Below are positions 19,263 through 28,217 of a stretch of DNA of 64,000 bases, in pieces. Location: positions 8,039 to 72,038 of IMG/VR virus record IMGVR_UViG_3300010885_082162. One strand, given 5' to 3'. The notes beneath the pieces are model-generated. The model made no database searches. It was not told the DNA's origin and was given only the letters and a program-made list of their open reading frames with translations. How positions within the stretch are numbered: position 1 is the first letter of the stretch; each line of letters begins with the position of its first letter. Made by a program: the position numbers and the translations under genes. Source of the stretch: a virus (lineage: Duplodnaviria > Caudoviricetes).

Positions 19263-20444
19263 ATGCAAAACTTTAAATGGCCGCTAATCAATGATAACGT
19301 TTCAGACAGCGATAAAAAAGCTTTAATAAAATTTCTTTCTGAGCCTGGTGTAAGACTAACCCAGGGAAAAAAGGTACAAGAGTTTGAAAAGAAATGGTCC
19401 GAGTGGCTCGGTGTTTCTTATAGCGTATTTGTTAACTCGGGTGCCTCCGCAAATTACATTATGACTGCAATTTGCCGCGACGTAAAAGGAGTAGGCGAGA
19501 TAATTGTACCTCCTCTTGGCTGGGTCTCTGATATTGCTGCCGTCGTAAATCTCGGCATGATCCCTGTATTTGTTGACATCTCAATGGAAAATTTAGCAAT
19601 TACTGCTGAAAATATTGAAGAGGCAATAACAGAAAATACAAAAGCAATAGTTTTAGTTCATACGCTAGGATTTAATGGCATAAATGATAAAATTATTGAA
19701 ATTGCAAAAAAATACAATTTGATGTTGATTGAAGATTGCTGTGAGTCACATGGAGCAACCTTCAATGAAAGAAAAGTTGGAACGCTTGGAGATATATCAA
19801 ATTTTTCATTCTACTTCGGTCATCATATGACTACAATTGAAGGCGGAATGATATGCACAAATGATAAAGAACTTTATGATCTTGCTAAACTCTACAGATC
19901 ACACGGTATGATTCGTGAGCTTGACGAAGAAACTAAAACAAAATACTCAAATGAAAATCCATCTCTAAATCCTCTGTTCACTTTCGTAGTGCCTGGATTT
20001 AATATGAGGAGCACTGAAATCAATGCAGTAATTGGATTAGAACAGCTAAAACATTTAGACAGTGCAATTCAAAAAAGAACTAATAATCTTTTAAGCTGGC
20101 TTTCTAAGCTTGACTCTAAGCTATTCATTACAGAGTTTCACACATTAGGCAGCAGTAATTTCTCTCTACCTCTAATTTTGCGTAAACCAAACGAAGATGC
20201 TTTTAAAAAGATATGTGATATTCTTGATAGTGAAGGAATTGAATACAGAAAAGGTACAGCCGGCGGAGGTAATCAAGCACGTCAACCTTACTTAAAAAAG
20301 TTTATTCATAAAATTGTAGGAAATTTAAAAACAGTCAATCACGTACACGATTTTGGACTTTACATTGGTAATCATTCTGACGTTAATGATGAAGATATTG
20401 AAAAAATTTGTCTTAAATTTTCTCAGGAGATTACTAATGTTTAA
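19263..20444 (+). CDS. PLP-dependent NDP-4-keto-6-deoxy sugar C3-dehydratase (ColD-like; DegT/DnrJ fold)
   Basis: FVNSGASAN, IEDCCESHGA, SFYFGHHMTTIEGG with His at the position of the aminotransferase Lys; no RfbH-type Cys cluster for Fe-S seen. Confidence 0.85.
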   Translation: MQNFKWPLINDNVSDSDKKALIKFLSEPGVRLTQGKKVQEFEKKWSEWLGVSYSVFVNSGASANYIMTAICRDVKGVGEIIVPPLGWVSDIAAVVNLGMIPVFVDISMENLAITAENIEEAITENTKAIVLVHTLGFNGINDKIIEIAKKYNLMLIEDCCESHGATFNERKVGTLGDISNFSFYFGHHMTTIEGGMICTNDKELYDLAKLYRSHGMIRELDEETKTKYSNENPSLNPLFTFVVPGFNMRSTEINAVIGLEQLKHLDSAIQKRTNNLLSWLSKLDSKLFITEFHTLGSSNFSLPLILRKPNEDAFKKICDILDSEGIEYRKGTAGGGNQARQPYLKKFIHKIVGNLKTVNHVHDFGLYIGNHSDVNDEDIEKICLKFSQEITNV

Positions 20445-21411
20445 AAACAAGAAAGTATTAGTTACTGGTGGGAATGGGATGATTGGCAGGCATCTCATTG
20501 ACCTTCTACAAAAGAGGGGAGCAAATATTAGAGTTGCCGACATTAGACAAGCCCCTGATGTAAAAGGCGTAGAATTTGTCAATGTTGACCTCAGAGACTT
20601 TAATTCATGTAAAAAAATATGTGACAATATTGACTACGTCTTTAATTTAGTTGGAATTAAATGCTCGCCAAAAGTGTGTATTGAAAGACCTGCTGATATT
20701 ATGGGCCCAATGCTTCAGTTTAATACAAACATGTTAGAAGCAGCAATGCAAGCAAATATAAAATGGTACTTGTATACAAGCACAGTAGGTGTTTATGCAC
20801 CAGCCGAAGTCTTTCATGAAGATGATGTTTGGTCTTCTCAGCCTTCTAAAAACGACTGGTTTGGCGGGTGGGCAAAAAGAATGGGTGAACTTCAGTGTCA
20901 AGCATATGAAAAACAATTCGGTGAAGGAAAATGCAGCATTGTGAGACCTGCTAATGTTTATGGTCCATATGATAACTTTGATCTTGAAAGCTCAATGGTC
21001 ATACCATCATTAATTAGAAAAGCATTTTCAAATGGAAAGCTTTCTGTTTGGGGTGACGGATCAGCTGTAAGAGACTTTATTCATGCAAAAGATGTTGCAG
21101 AAGGTATGATCTTTGCAGTTGAAAATAAGATAACAGATCCTTTAAATTTAGGATCTGGGAGTGGAGTTACAATAAAAGAAGTTGCAGACTGTGTTGCTGA
21201 GATAGTTGGAGTTGATGTAGAGTGGGATCTATCTAAACCAACAGGTGATGCTAAGAGAATTTTTGATACTAAGCGTGCACAAAAATTAGGTTTTGCACCA
21301 AAGATAACAATTAGACAAGGCATAGAAGAAACTGTTAAGTGGTATGTGAAAAATATTCAAGAAGCGAATACAAGACTTGACACATTTAAGCTCTTAAAAG
21401 AAAAAGTTTAA
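20437..21411 (+). CDS. extended SDR, Fcl/GME-like NDP-sugar epimerase/reductase lacking the catalytic Tyr
   Basis: Start 20437 after AGGAG; VTGGNGMIG, TSTVGVY, FGGWAK (Gly at the YxxxK Tyr position), RPANVYGPYDNF. Confidence 0.85.
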   Translation: MFKNKKVLVTGGNGMIGRHLIDLLQKRGANIRVADIRQAPDVKGVEFVNVDLRDFNSCKKICDNIDYVFNLVGIKCSPKVCIERPADIMGPMLQFNTNMLEAAMQANIKWYLYTSTVGVYAPAEVFHEDDVWSSQPSKNDWFGGWAKRMGELQCQAYEKQFGEGKCSIVRPANVYGPYDNFDLESSMVIPSLIRKAFSNGKLSVWGDGSAVRDFIHAKDVAEGMIFAVENKITDPLNLGSGSGVTIKEVADCVAEIVGVDVEWDLSKPTGDAKRIFDTKRAQKLGFAPKITIRQGIEETVKWYVKNIQEANTRLDTFKLLKEKV

Positions 21412-21987
21412 ATGAATAGAATTCTAGTCACAGGCGCGAGTTCAGGTCTAGGCAAATATTTGTCAAAAAAGTTTGAAGACGAAGGTCATTTTGTTCTAAA
21501 GCACAATGGAAAAAATCACTTTAATCTAATTAATTTAAACGACTTAAACAGACTAATTTGTCTTGCAAAAGAAAATAAAATTGATGTATTAATCAATAAC
21601 GCAGCCATTACATGCCCAGGAAAGAAGCTACATGAGTATAGCCAGGACGAGATAGTTGATATGACAAGTGTTAATTTGCTTGCCCCTATTCTTCTTACTC
21701 ATGGTCTAGTTGATCAATTAAATTGTGTTATCAACATAAACTCAATGGTTGGTCTAGAAATAAAGCCAAAAAGAACGTTATATTCAGCTACGAAATGGGG
21801 ACTAAGAGGATTCTCTCAAAGTTTTTCGTCTGAGAATGAAAGAATTCATATTCTTGACGTATATCCAACTAATATTAAGACAAGTCCTGAAAAAGAAAAC
21901 GCGATGGATATAAACTTTGTTCTAGATGAAATCTATAATGCATTTTTAAATAAAGAGAAACGGCTGGTTTTAGATGGAAGAAAATAA
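21412..21987 (+). CDS. classical short-chain dehydrogenase/reductase
   Basis: VTGASSGLG, LINNAA, NINS, YSATK. Confidence 0.88.
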   Translation: MNRILVTGASSGLGKYLSKKFEDEGHFVLKHNGKNHFNLINLNDLNRLICLAKENKIDVLINNAAITCPGKKLHEYSQDEIVDMTSVNLLAPILLTHGLVDQLNCVININSMVGLEIKPKRTLYSATKWGLRGFSQSFSSENERIHILDVYPTNIKTSPEKENAMDINFVLDEIYNAFLNKEKRLVLDGRK

Positions 21988-22939
21988 AAAGCTGATGCTA
22001 ATTTGTGGTGCTACTGGCTTTATTGGTAGAAATTTACTTGACTTCTTTGTCAAGAAAGACATCTATAAAATTAGAGCAACTCATTTTTCTAGAACCGCAC
22101 CCAAAGGTTATGAAAATGTCGAATGGGTAAAGTGCGATCTAAAAGATCATAATTCTGTGAAGTCAATCATGAAAGGAGTTGATGTTGTTCTACAATTTGC
22201 AGCAACAACGTCGGGCGCAAAAGATATTATTGCTAAACCCTATATTCATGTAACTGACAATGCAATAATGAATTCTTTGTTGTTAAGAGAAGCCTTCGAA
22301 CAGAGCGTAGAACATTTTGTATTTCCAAGCTGCACAATAATGTATCAGAAATCAGCCATCGCAATTTCTGAAGATGATTATAATCCATCAGATGAAATTT
22401 TACCTTTTTACTATGGCGCAGGTCATACGAAAGTTTACCTAGAAAAAATGTGCGAGTTCTATTCAAGAATTGGGAAAACTAAGCATACTGTCATTAGACA
22501 CTCAAATCTCTATGGATCGTATGATAAGTTTGACCTAGAGAAATCACACGTTTTTGGAGCTACAGTAACAAAAGTCATGTCATCAAAAGATGATAAGATA
22601 ATTGTGTGGGGTACAGGAGAAGAACAAAGAGACTTGCTTCATATTGATGACTTTTTAAGTTTTGTTGAGATTGCACTGCAAAAACAGGCTACACAATATG
22701 AGCTAGTAAATGTTGGTCTAGGAGAAGGAATTAAAATTAAAGACTTGGTTCGAAAGATAGTAAAAGCTTCAGGAAAAAAGCTACAGATTGAACACGACCT
22801 TTCCAAGCCTTCAGTACCAACATCGCTTTATTTAAATTGCAACAGAGCTAAAAATATCTTTGGATGGACACCGAAAGTATCGCTTGAAGAAGGTATAAAA
22901 AAGACGCTAGCTTGGTATAATCAAAATATCTTCTTTTAA
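21974..22939 (+). CDS. extended SDR, Fcl-like NDP-sugar epimerase lacking the catalytic Tyr
   Basis: CGATGFIG, FPSCTIMY, GAGHTK (Ala at the Tyr position), SNLYG, SHVFGA. Confidence 0.85.
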   Translation: MEENKKLMLICGATGFIGRNLLDFFVKKDIYKIRATHFSRTAPKGYENVEWVKCDLKDHNSVKSIMKGVDVVLQFAATTSGAKDIIAKPYIHVTDNAIMNSLLLREAFEQSVEHFVFPSCTIMYQKSAIAISEDDYNPSDEILPFYYGAGHTKVYLEKMCEFYSRIGKTKHTVIRHSNLYGSYDKFDLEKSHVFGATVTKVMSSKDDKIIVWGTGEEQRDLLHIDDFLSFVEIALQKQATQYELVNVGLGEGIKIKDLVRKIVKASGKKLQIEHDLSKPSVPTSLYLNCNRAKNIFGWTPKVSLEEGIKKTLAWYNQNIFF

Positions 22940-23046
22940 AAGACTACAACTTGCAAAATTATTGATTATATATGCCTGTAGCTTAAGTCATCTTGATAAG
23001 CAAAATATTTCAAATGAAATCAGAGTAATAAATTAGTAAGAGGATT

Positions 23047-23802
23047 ATGTTAAAACAACAGATTGATTTTTTTCATGAAAATGGCTTTCTAGTCGTAAAT
23101 GATATCTTTACTAAAGACGATGCTGATCACTGTAATAGACTAATAAGAAGACATGCAAATATTGACTTTGCTGCAATTGTTAATCCTGACCGTTATGAAG
23201 ATTTAATAGCGCAAGACGAGAGACCAAAATCAAATATAACATTAGAAGAAATAGAAGAAACTTGCAACTATTTTTTATCAGCTATGAAAAATTTTAAGAT
23301 TGTGTCTACATTAGAGAGTCTAACGGGTAAAGAAATTGTAGGCTTAAGTAGTCAATTTATCTTTAAAGAAGCATACTCTAGATACGCAAGTCAAGCGTGG
23401 AGTATTCACCAAGATGGTTGGTATCCTGGCGACAAACATGGTGATTATGTAACTGCAAACTGGTTTCTTAGAGATACAGATGTAAAAAATGGCACAATCT
23501 TTGTATATCCCGGTTCACATAAGCTGGGATTATTACATGCACAGCCTCAAAAAAGTTTTAGAGAGGATTATAATAAAAGTCCCGGTAGCAATTGCACTTT
23601 ACCTGACGATTTTAAGATTGAAAAAGTCGATCTAGAGATTTCTAAATCATCAGTTGTATTTCTTCATGGTCATTGCGTGCATGGTTCTTATCCGAATACC
23701 TCAGAAAGATCGAGACCATGGCATTCCTTCTGCTACATTACAAAAGGATCAAATTTTGTCATTGGTCAAAATGCTAAGAGAAGAGAAATTAACTTAAGAT
23801 GA
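23047..23802 (+). CDS. PhyH-family Fe(II)/2-oxoglutarate dioxygenase
   Basis: IHQDGWY (HxD), NGTIFVYPGSH, VVFLHGHCVHGSYPNTSERSR. Confidence 0.9.
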   Translation: MLKQQIDFFHENGFLVVNDIFTKDDADHCNRLIRRHANIDFAAIVNPDRYEDLIAQDERPKSNITLEEIEETCNYFLSAMKNFKIVSTLESLTGKEIVGLSSQFIFKEAYSRYASQAWSIHQDGWYPGDKHGDYVTANWFLRDTDVKNGTIFVYPGSHKLGLLHAQPQKSFREDYNKSPGSNCTLPDDFKIEKVDLEISKSSVVFLHGHCVHGSYPNTSERSRPWHSFCYITKGSNFVIGQNAKRREINLR

Positions 23803-23825
23803 CTTTTGCACATACTTTTGCACAT
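23802..23825. repeat. perfect 12-bp tandem duplication ACTTTTGCACAT x2
   Basis: Read directly in the spacer between the PhyH and HemN-like genes. Confidence 0.85.
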
Positions 23826-23880
23826 TTTCCTTTAACTGAATAAAATTAGCTATAAGCCGATTTCTAAAGGGAAGATAACT

Positions 23881-25317
23881 ATGTTGTTTAAGAGTAGTGA
23901 TGAAAGACTTCAAAAGTCTAAGCTAACAGTGCTAGCTAAGAAATATGAACACAGTGCGTTCATGTATACTCATTATCCGCATAAAAGATTTTGGAGTCAA
24001 AATAAAAATGACGCTAGCTTTAAGAGTTCTCTCATAACCCTCAACAAGCAAAACAATCTAACAGCAATGTTGTATGTGCATATGCCGTATTGCCAACAGC
24101 TTTGTTATTTCTGCACGTGTCACGTATCTATTACTAATGATTATCAAAAAGTAAAAGACTACATGGAAATTTTATTCAAAGAAATTGATCATTTTTCTAA
24201 TTTCCTCACTGATAATAAAATTAAATTAGACGTTAAAGAAATTCACCTCGGCGGAGGATCTCCAACTTTTATAGAGGAAGCAGAGTTTGATATACTTTGT
24301 CAAAAGCTTGAAAAGATTGTGGACATAAAACTGTTGAGAGAATTTGCAATAGAAATTGATCCTCGAAGAGTTGATGTTCAAAAAATGAGATATTATCACA
24401 GCAAAGGAATTAATAGGATTTCTTTTGGAATTCAAGACTTTGATTCAAAAGTCCAAAATGCTGTCAATAGAATCCAGCCAGTTGAGCTAATTGATGACCT
24501 GCTTACACCTGAGATAAGAGACTTATTTAAGAATGGAATCAATTTTGATATTATCTGCGGTTTACCACATCAAACTGTTGACTCAATTAAACTAACAGCA
24601 AAAGAATGCGTTCGACTTTCTCCTGAAAGAATTTGCTTAAATTATCTTCATTACTCTCCTGTTTTTGCACCTCAGCAGAAATTCATGATAGATGGCAAAG
24701 ATGGTAGACCAACTAAGCTTCCTGATTTCTTTGAAAGAAAAGAACTCTTTAGTGCTACTCAAGATGTGCTGGTTGATGGAGGATATGTTCGAACTGGTTA
24801 TGACCATTTTGCTAAACCATTTGATGATGTTGCAAAAGCAGTTGATCAAAAAAAGGTCTACTGGAATTCGATGGGTGTTACACCCGGTGAGTATAATAAC
24901 ATAATTGGTCTCGGAATTAGTAGTGAGTCTACTGTTGGAAATTCTTATTTTCAGAACTTCTATGATATGTTAGACTACACTAGCTCAGTACTGTCAAACT
25001 GCTTTCCTATATATAGAGAATATGAATTAACAGACGACGATCTTGTGAGAAAAGACGTAATACAGCAAATAAGAAATTATTTTGAAATTAATTTTTCATC
25101 CATTGAAGAAGCACATAAAATTAATTTCCAAAGCTATTTTAGCGATGAAATGACAAAAATTAAAACTTTTGAAGAAGATGAGATTTTAGTCATTGAAAAA
25201 AATCAAATAAGACTCACTGAGACGGGTAGACAATTTACTAATATCGTGTGCAGAGTTTTTGATAAATATTATTCTGATGACTTGAGAAAAAAAGATTTAG
25301 GGATTAGAGTAGATTGA
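23881..25317 (+). CDS. hemN: HemN-like radical SAM enzyme (oxygen-independent coproporphyrinogen III oxidase family)
   Basis: YVHMPYCQQLCYFCTC (CxxxCxxCxC), IHLGGGSPT, RISFGIQDF, GYDHFAKP, GLGISS, LTETGR. Confidence 0.82.
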   Translation: MLFKSSDERLQKSKLTVLAKKYEHSAFMYTHYPHKRFWSQNKNDASFKSSLITLNKQNNLTAMLYVHMPYCQQLCYFCTCHVSITNDYQKVKDYMEILFKEIDHFSNFLTDNKIKLDVKEIHLGGGSPTFIEEAEFDILCQKLEKIVDIKLLREFAIEIDPRRVDVQKMRYYHSKGINRISFGIQDFDSKVQNAVNRIQPVELIDDLLTPEIRDLFKNGINFDIICGLPHQTVDSIKLTAKECVRLSPERICLNYLHYSPVFAPQQKFMIDGKDGRPTKLPDFFERKELFSATQDVLVDGGYVRTGYDHFAKPFDDVAKAVDQKKVYWNSMGVTPGEYNNIIGLGISSESTVGNSYFQNFYDMLDYTSSVLSNCFPIYREYELTDDDLVRKDVIQQIRNYFEINFSSIEEAHKINFQSYFSDEMTKIKTFEEDEILVIEKNQIRLTETGRQFTNIVCRVFDKYYSDDLRKKDLGIRVD

Positions 25318-25335
25318 TTAGCTGAAGGATTTAAC

Positions 25336-27204
25336 GTGCTAAAAAAGTTTAAACAGCTTGAAATTATCAATATACCCCTAAAAAATCTTGAAACTAAAAA
25401 AGCTATTTACAGCAAGTTAGAGACAACTTTTAAAAATGGATGTCGAAAAATTTTATTGGTAAATTCACTACCTTTTAACACCGAGAACTTTGAACTGAGA
25501 CAAGCAAGAAACTCTAGGTATTATGCATGGCCACCTTACGGAATAGCTGTGCTTTGTAAAGTCTTAAGAGACAGAGGGTATGAAGTTAAACTTATAGATT
25601 TTAATCTTGAAATCTTGGACCTAATCAACAGAAGAAGTGACATTCAAGATAATGAATCTGCTAGAGAGCTTGCTGAGAATCATTGGAAGTCTAGTTTTAA
25701 ACAGTCTGTAAATAATTTTCAACCTGACTTAGTAGGTCTAACATGCATGTTTACCATGGGACATGAAATGTTGATAAGAACTGCTAATTTTGCAAAAGAA
25801 GAATTTCAGATTCCTACTATCGTTGGCGGAGTACATGTAACTAATGCAACTAAATTTGTGCTCGGTGAAAGCAAGAATATTGACTTTGCCGGCTTATATG
25901 AATCCGATGTTAGTTTTTGCGATTTTATTGATGTTATAAACAAAAAACTTGATTTAAATAAATTAAATCAAATAGCAACCATTATTAATGGTGAGTATAT
26001 CGCTATAGACTCTAGCGCGACGCCAACTGCAGATGATCTAAACATAATACCCGATTATGATTCACTAGATCTCAGCTTGTATAGCAACTTAGGTGAAGTC
26101 GGATCTTATAGATCATGGCTGCCCAAACAGATAAAGTCGACTTCAATTTTGTCAAACAGAGGATGTCGAGCGAGATGCTCATTCTGCAGCGTAAGAAATT
26201 TTAATGGTTTCGGTGTTAGAGCAAGAAGCATAGAGTCAGTTATTGATGAGCTAACAAAAGTAAAAGAAAAATATGGAATCGGTCATGTTACGTGGATAGA
26301 TGATGATCTGTTCTATGATCAAGAAAGAGCCTTGCAGCTTTTTAATGAAATGGCTGATAGAAACTTAAACATAAAATGGTGTGCATCAAATGGAATAATT
26401 GCCTCTGCAGCTGCAAAAACACCAGCTCTAATAGAGACAGCTGCACGTTCTGGTTGCATTGGAATGACTTTTGGATTAGAATCCGGAAGCGATGCTATAT
26501 TAAAAGCTGTACATAAACCATCCAAAGTTCAGCACTATTACATAGTAGGAGATCTTCTAAAGAAGTACCCACAAATTTTTACTAGAGGATTTTTAATAAT
26601 TGGTTTTCCGAATGAGACCTTGAGCCAAATGATGCAGACTGTCAAGATGGCGCAAGATGTTGGACTTGACTGGTATGGCATACAGCTTTTATCTCCACTG
26701 CCTTCAACTGAAATTTATGAAGAAATGGTTTCATTGGGTCTTATTGATGATATCAATTTGAAAAAGAATAAAGAGGGTGACGGTTCTAAATTGTTCGTTG
26801 TTAGACAGGCAGAGAAACAAAGAGAACAAGAGCAGCTTCAAAAAAATAAAGTTGAAAAATTTGTTAATCTTTTTGAGGGCGACTGGAATGTGATACCAAC
26901 CAGAGAACAGCTTCACGACATTTGGCTGCTAGTTGATTATTGGATTAATTACGCACCAATTTTGGAGCTAAAAGACAGAGATAGACTTGTTAAGAAAAAA
27001 ATGATACTAACTGATATTTGTGATAGAATGACAAAAGATAATCCTCTAGCTAGCTTATTTCTAAGCGTTGTTGACCAAAAACTTGGAAATGTTGAAGAAT
27101 CGAAAAAGAGAAATACTATCGCAAAATCTTATCTAAATTCTTCTGAATACTGGAAATCGAGATTTGATGCACTTAATCTTAATGGTCTAATGGAGTTAAC
27201 TTGA
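25336..27204 (+). CDS. cobalamin-binding radical SAM protein (class B methylase-like)
   Basis: PPYGIAVL, VGLTCMF, VGGVHVT (B12 domain), SNRGCRARCSFC, WIDDDL, GLESGS, FLIIGFPNET. Confidence 0.88.
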   Translation: MLKKFKQLEIINIPLKNLETKKAIYSKLETTFKNGCRKILLVNSLPFNTENFELRQARNSRYYAWPPYGIAVLCKVLRDRGYEVKLIDFNLEILDLINRRSDIQDNESARELAENHWKSSFKQSVNNFQPDLVGLTCMFTMGHEMLIRTANFAKEEFQIPTIVGGVHVTNATKFVLGESKNIDFAGLYESDVSFCDFIDVINKKLDLNKLNQIATIINGEYIAIDSSATPTADDLNIIPDYDSLDLSLYSNLGEVGSYRSWLPKQIKSTSILSNRGCRARCSFCSVRNFNGFGVRARSIESVIDELTKVKEKYGIGHVTWIDDDLFYDQERALQLFNEMADRNLNIKWCASNGIIASAAAKTPALIETAARSGCIGMTFGLESGSDAILKAVHKPSKVQHYYIVGDLLKKYPQIFTRGFLIIGFPNETLSQMMQTVKMAQDVGLDWYGIQLLSPLPSTEIYEEMVSLGLIDDINLKKNKEGDGSKLFVVRQAEKQREQEQLQKNKVEKFVNLFEGDWNVIPTREQLHDIWLLVDYWINYAPILELKDRDRLVKKKMILTDICDRMTKDNPLASLFLSVVDQKLGNVEESKKRNTIAKSYLNSSEYWKSRFDALNLNGLMELT

Positions 27205-28214
27205 AAGCAATTATTACAGGTATAACTGGCATGGTAGGCTCACACTTAGCAGACTTTTTGCTTGAGAACACGGACTGGGAAATTCACGGCATGATGAGAT
27301 GGTTCGAACCAACAAAAAATATTGAGCATCTCTCACGAAGAATAAATGATAAAGATCGAATAGAACTACACAATGCTGACCTTAATGATTTTGCAAGCCT
27401 GATGTCACTTATAAAAAAAGTCAAACCAGACTATGTGTTTCATTTAGCAGCTCAAAGTTATCCAAAGACTAGTTTTGACTCTCCACTTGAGACTTTGCAA
27501 ACCAACATAATTGGAACATGCGCACTGCTAGAGGCAATTAGACTCTCAGAAATTGACTTAAAAAAAATTACTGTACATGTCTGCGCAAGCTCCGAAGTCT
27601 TTGGAAGAGTTTCAAAAGATAAACTTCCAATTCACGAAGATGTTAACTTTCATCCAGCTTCACCGTACGCAATTTCCAAAGTTGGCACTGATTTAATTGG
27701 AAGATTTTATGCTGAAGCATATGGAATGAGAGTCATGACGACTAGAATGTTTACACATACGGGACCTCGCAGAGGTGACGTTTTTGCTGAATCTTCATTT
27801 GCTAAGCAAATTGCGCTAATAGAAGCCGGTAAAATACCGCCTATTTTAAAAGTAGGTAATCTAGATTCTCTTAGAACATGGGCAGATGTTCGTGATGCAG
27901 TTAGAGCATATTACATGCTTGTGACTAATAATCCTGTCGCAGGTGAGTACTACAACATTGGCGGCTCTTATACGTGTTCTGTAAGAGACATGTTAAATTT
28001 TCTTCTTAAAAATTCTACAGTTAAAAACATACAAGTTGTCGTAGATCCGGATAGGCTTAGGCCTATTGATGCTGATCTTCAGATACCTGACACAAATAAG
28101 TTTAAGAGCCACACCGGTTGGCAGCCTGAGATTAGTTTTGAAAAAACAATGTTAGAATTATTACAATATTGGCGTAATGAAGTAAGAAAAGATACTGCCG
28201 AAATTGTAAGATAA
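27201..28214 (+). CDS. GDP-sugar 4,6-dehydratase of the WcbK/DmhA (GDP-manno-heptose 4,6-dehydratase) subfamily
   Basis: ITGITGMVGSHLADFLLENTDW, HLAAQSYPKTSFDSP, CASSEVFG, HPASPYAISKVGTD, THTGPRRGDVFAES, RLRPIDADLQ. These match my recollection of Burkholderia WcbK and Yersinia DmhA better than canonical Gmd. Confidence 0.82.
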   Translation: MKAIITGITGMVGSHLADFLLENTDWEIHGMMRWFEPTKNIEHLSRRINDKDRIELHNADLNDFASLMSLIKKVKPDYVFHLAAQSYPKTSFDSPLETLQTNIIGTCALLEAIRLSEIDLKKITVHVCASSEVFGRVSKDKLPIHEDVNFHPASPYAISKVGTDLIGRFYAEAYGMRVMTTRMFTHTGPRRGDVFAESSFAKQIALIEAGKIPPILKVGNLDSLRTWADVRDAVRAYYMLVTNNPVAGEYYNIGGSYTCSVRDMLNFLLKNSTVKNIQVVVDPDRLRPIDADLQIPDTNKFKSHTGWQPEISFEKTMLELLQYWRNEVRKDTAEIVR

Positions 28215-28217
28215 ACT

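Noticed and set aside
19263-20444. DegT/perosamine-type aminotransferase
   Set aside because: The Schiff-base Lys position is His (GHH), typical of C3-dehydratases.
27298-27315. tRNA T-loop-like GGTTCGAA
   Set aside because: Lies within the dehydratase coding frame, with no cloverleaf context.
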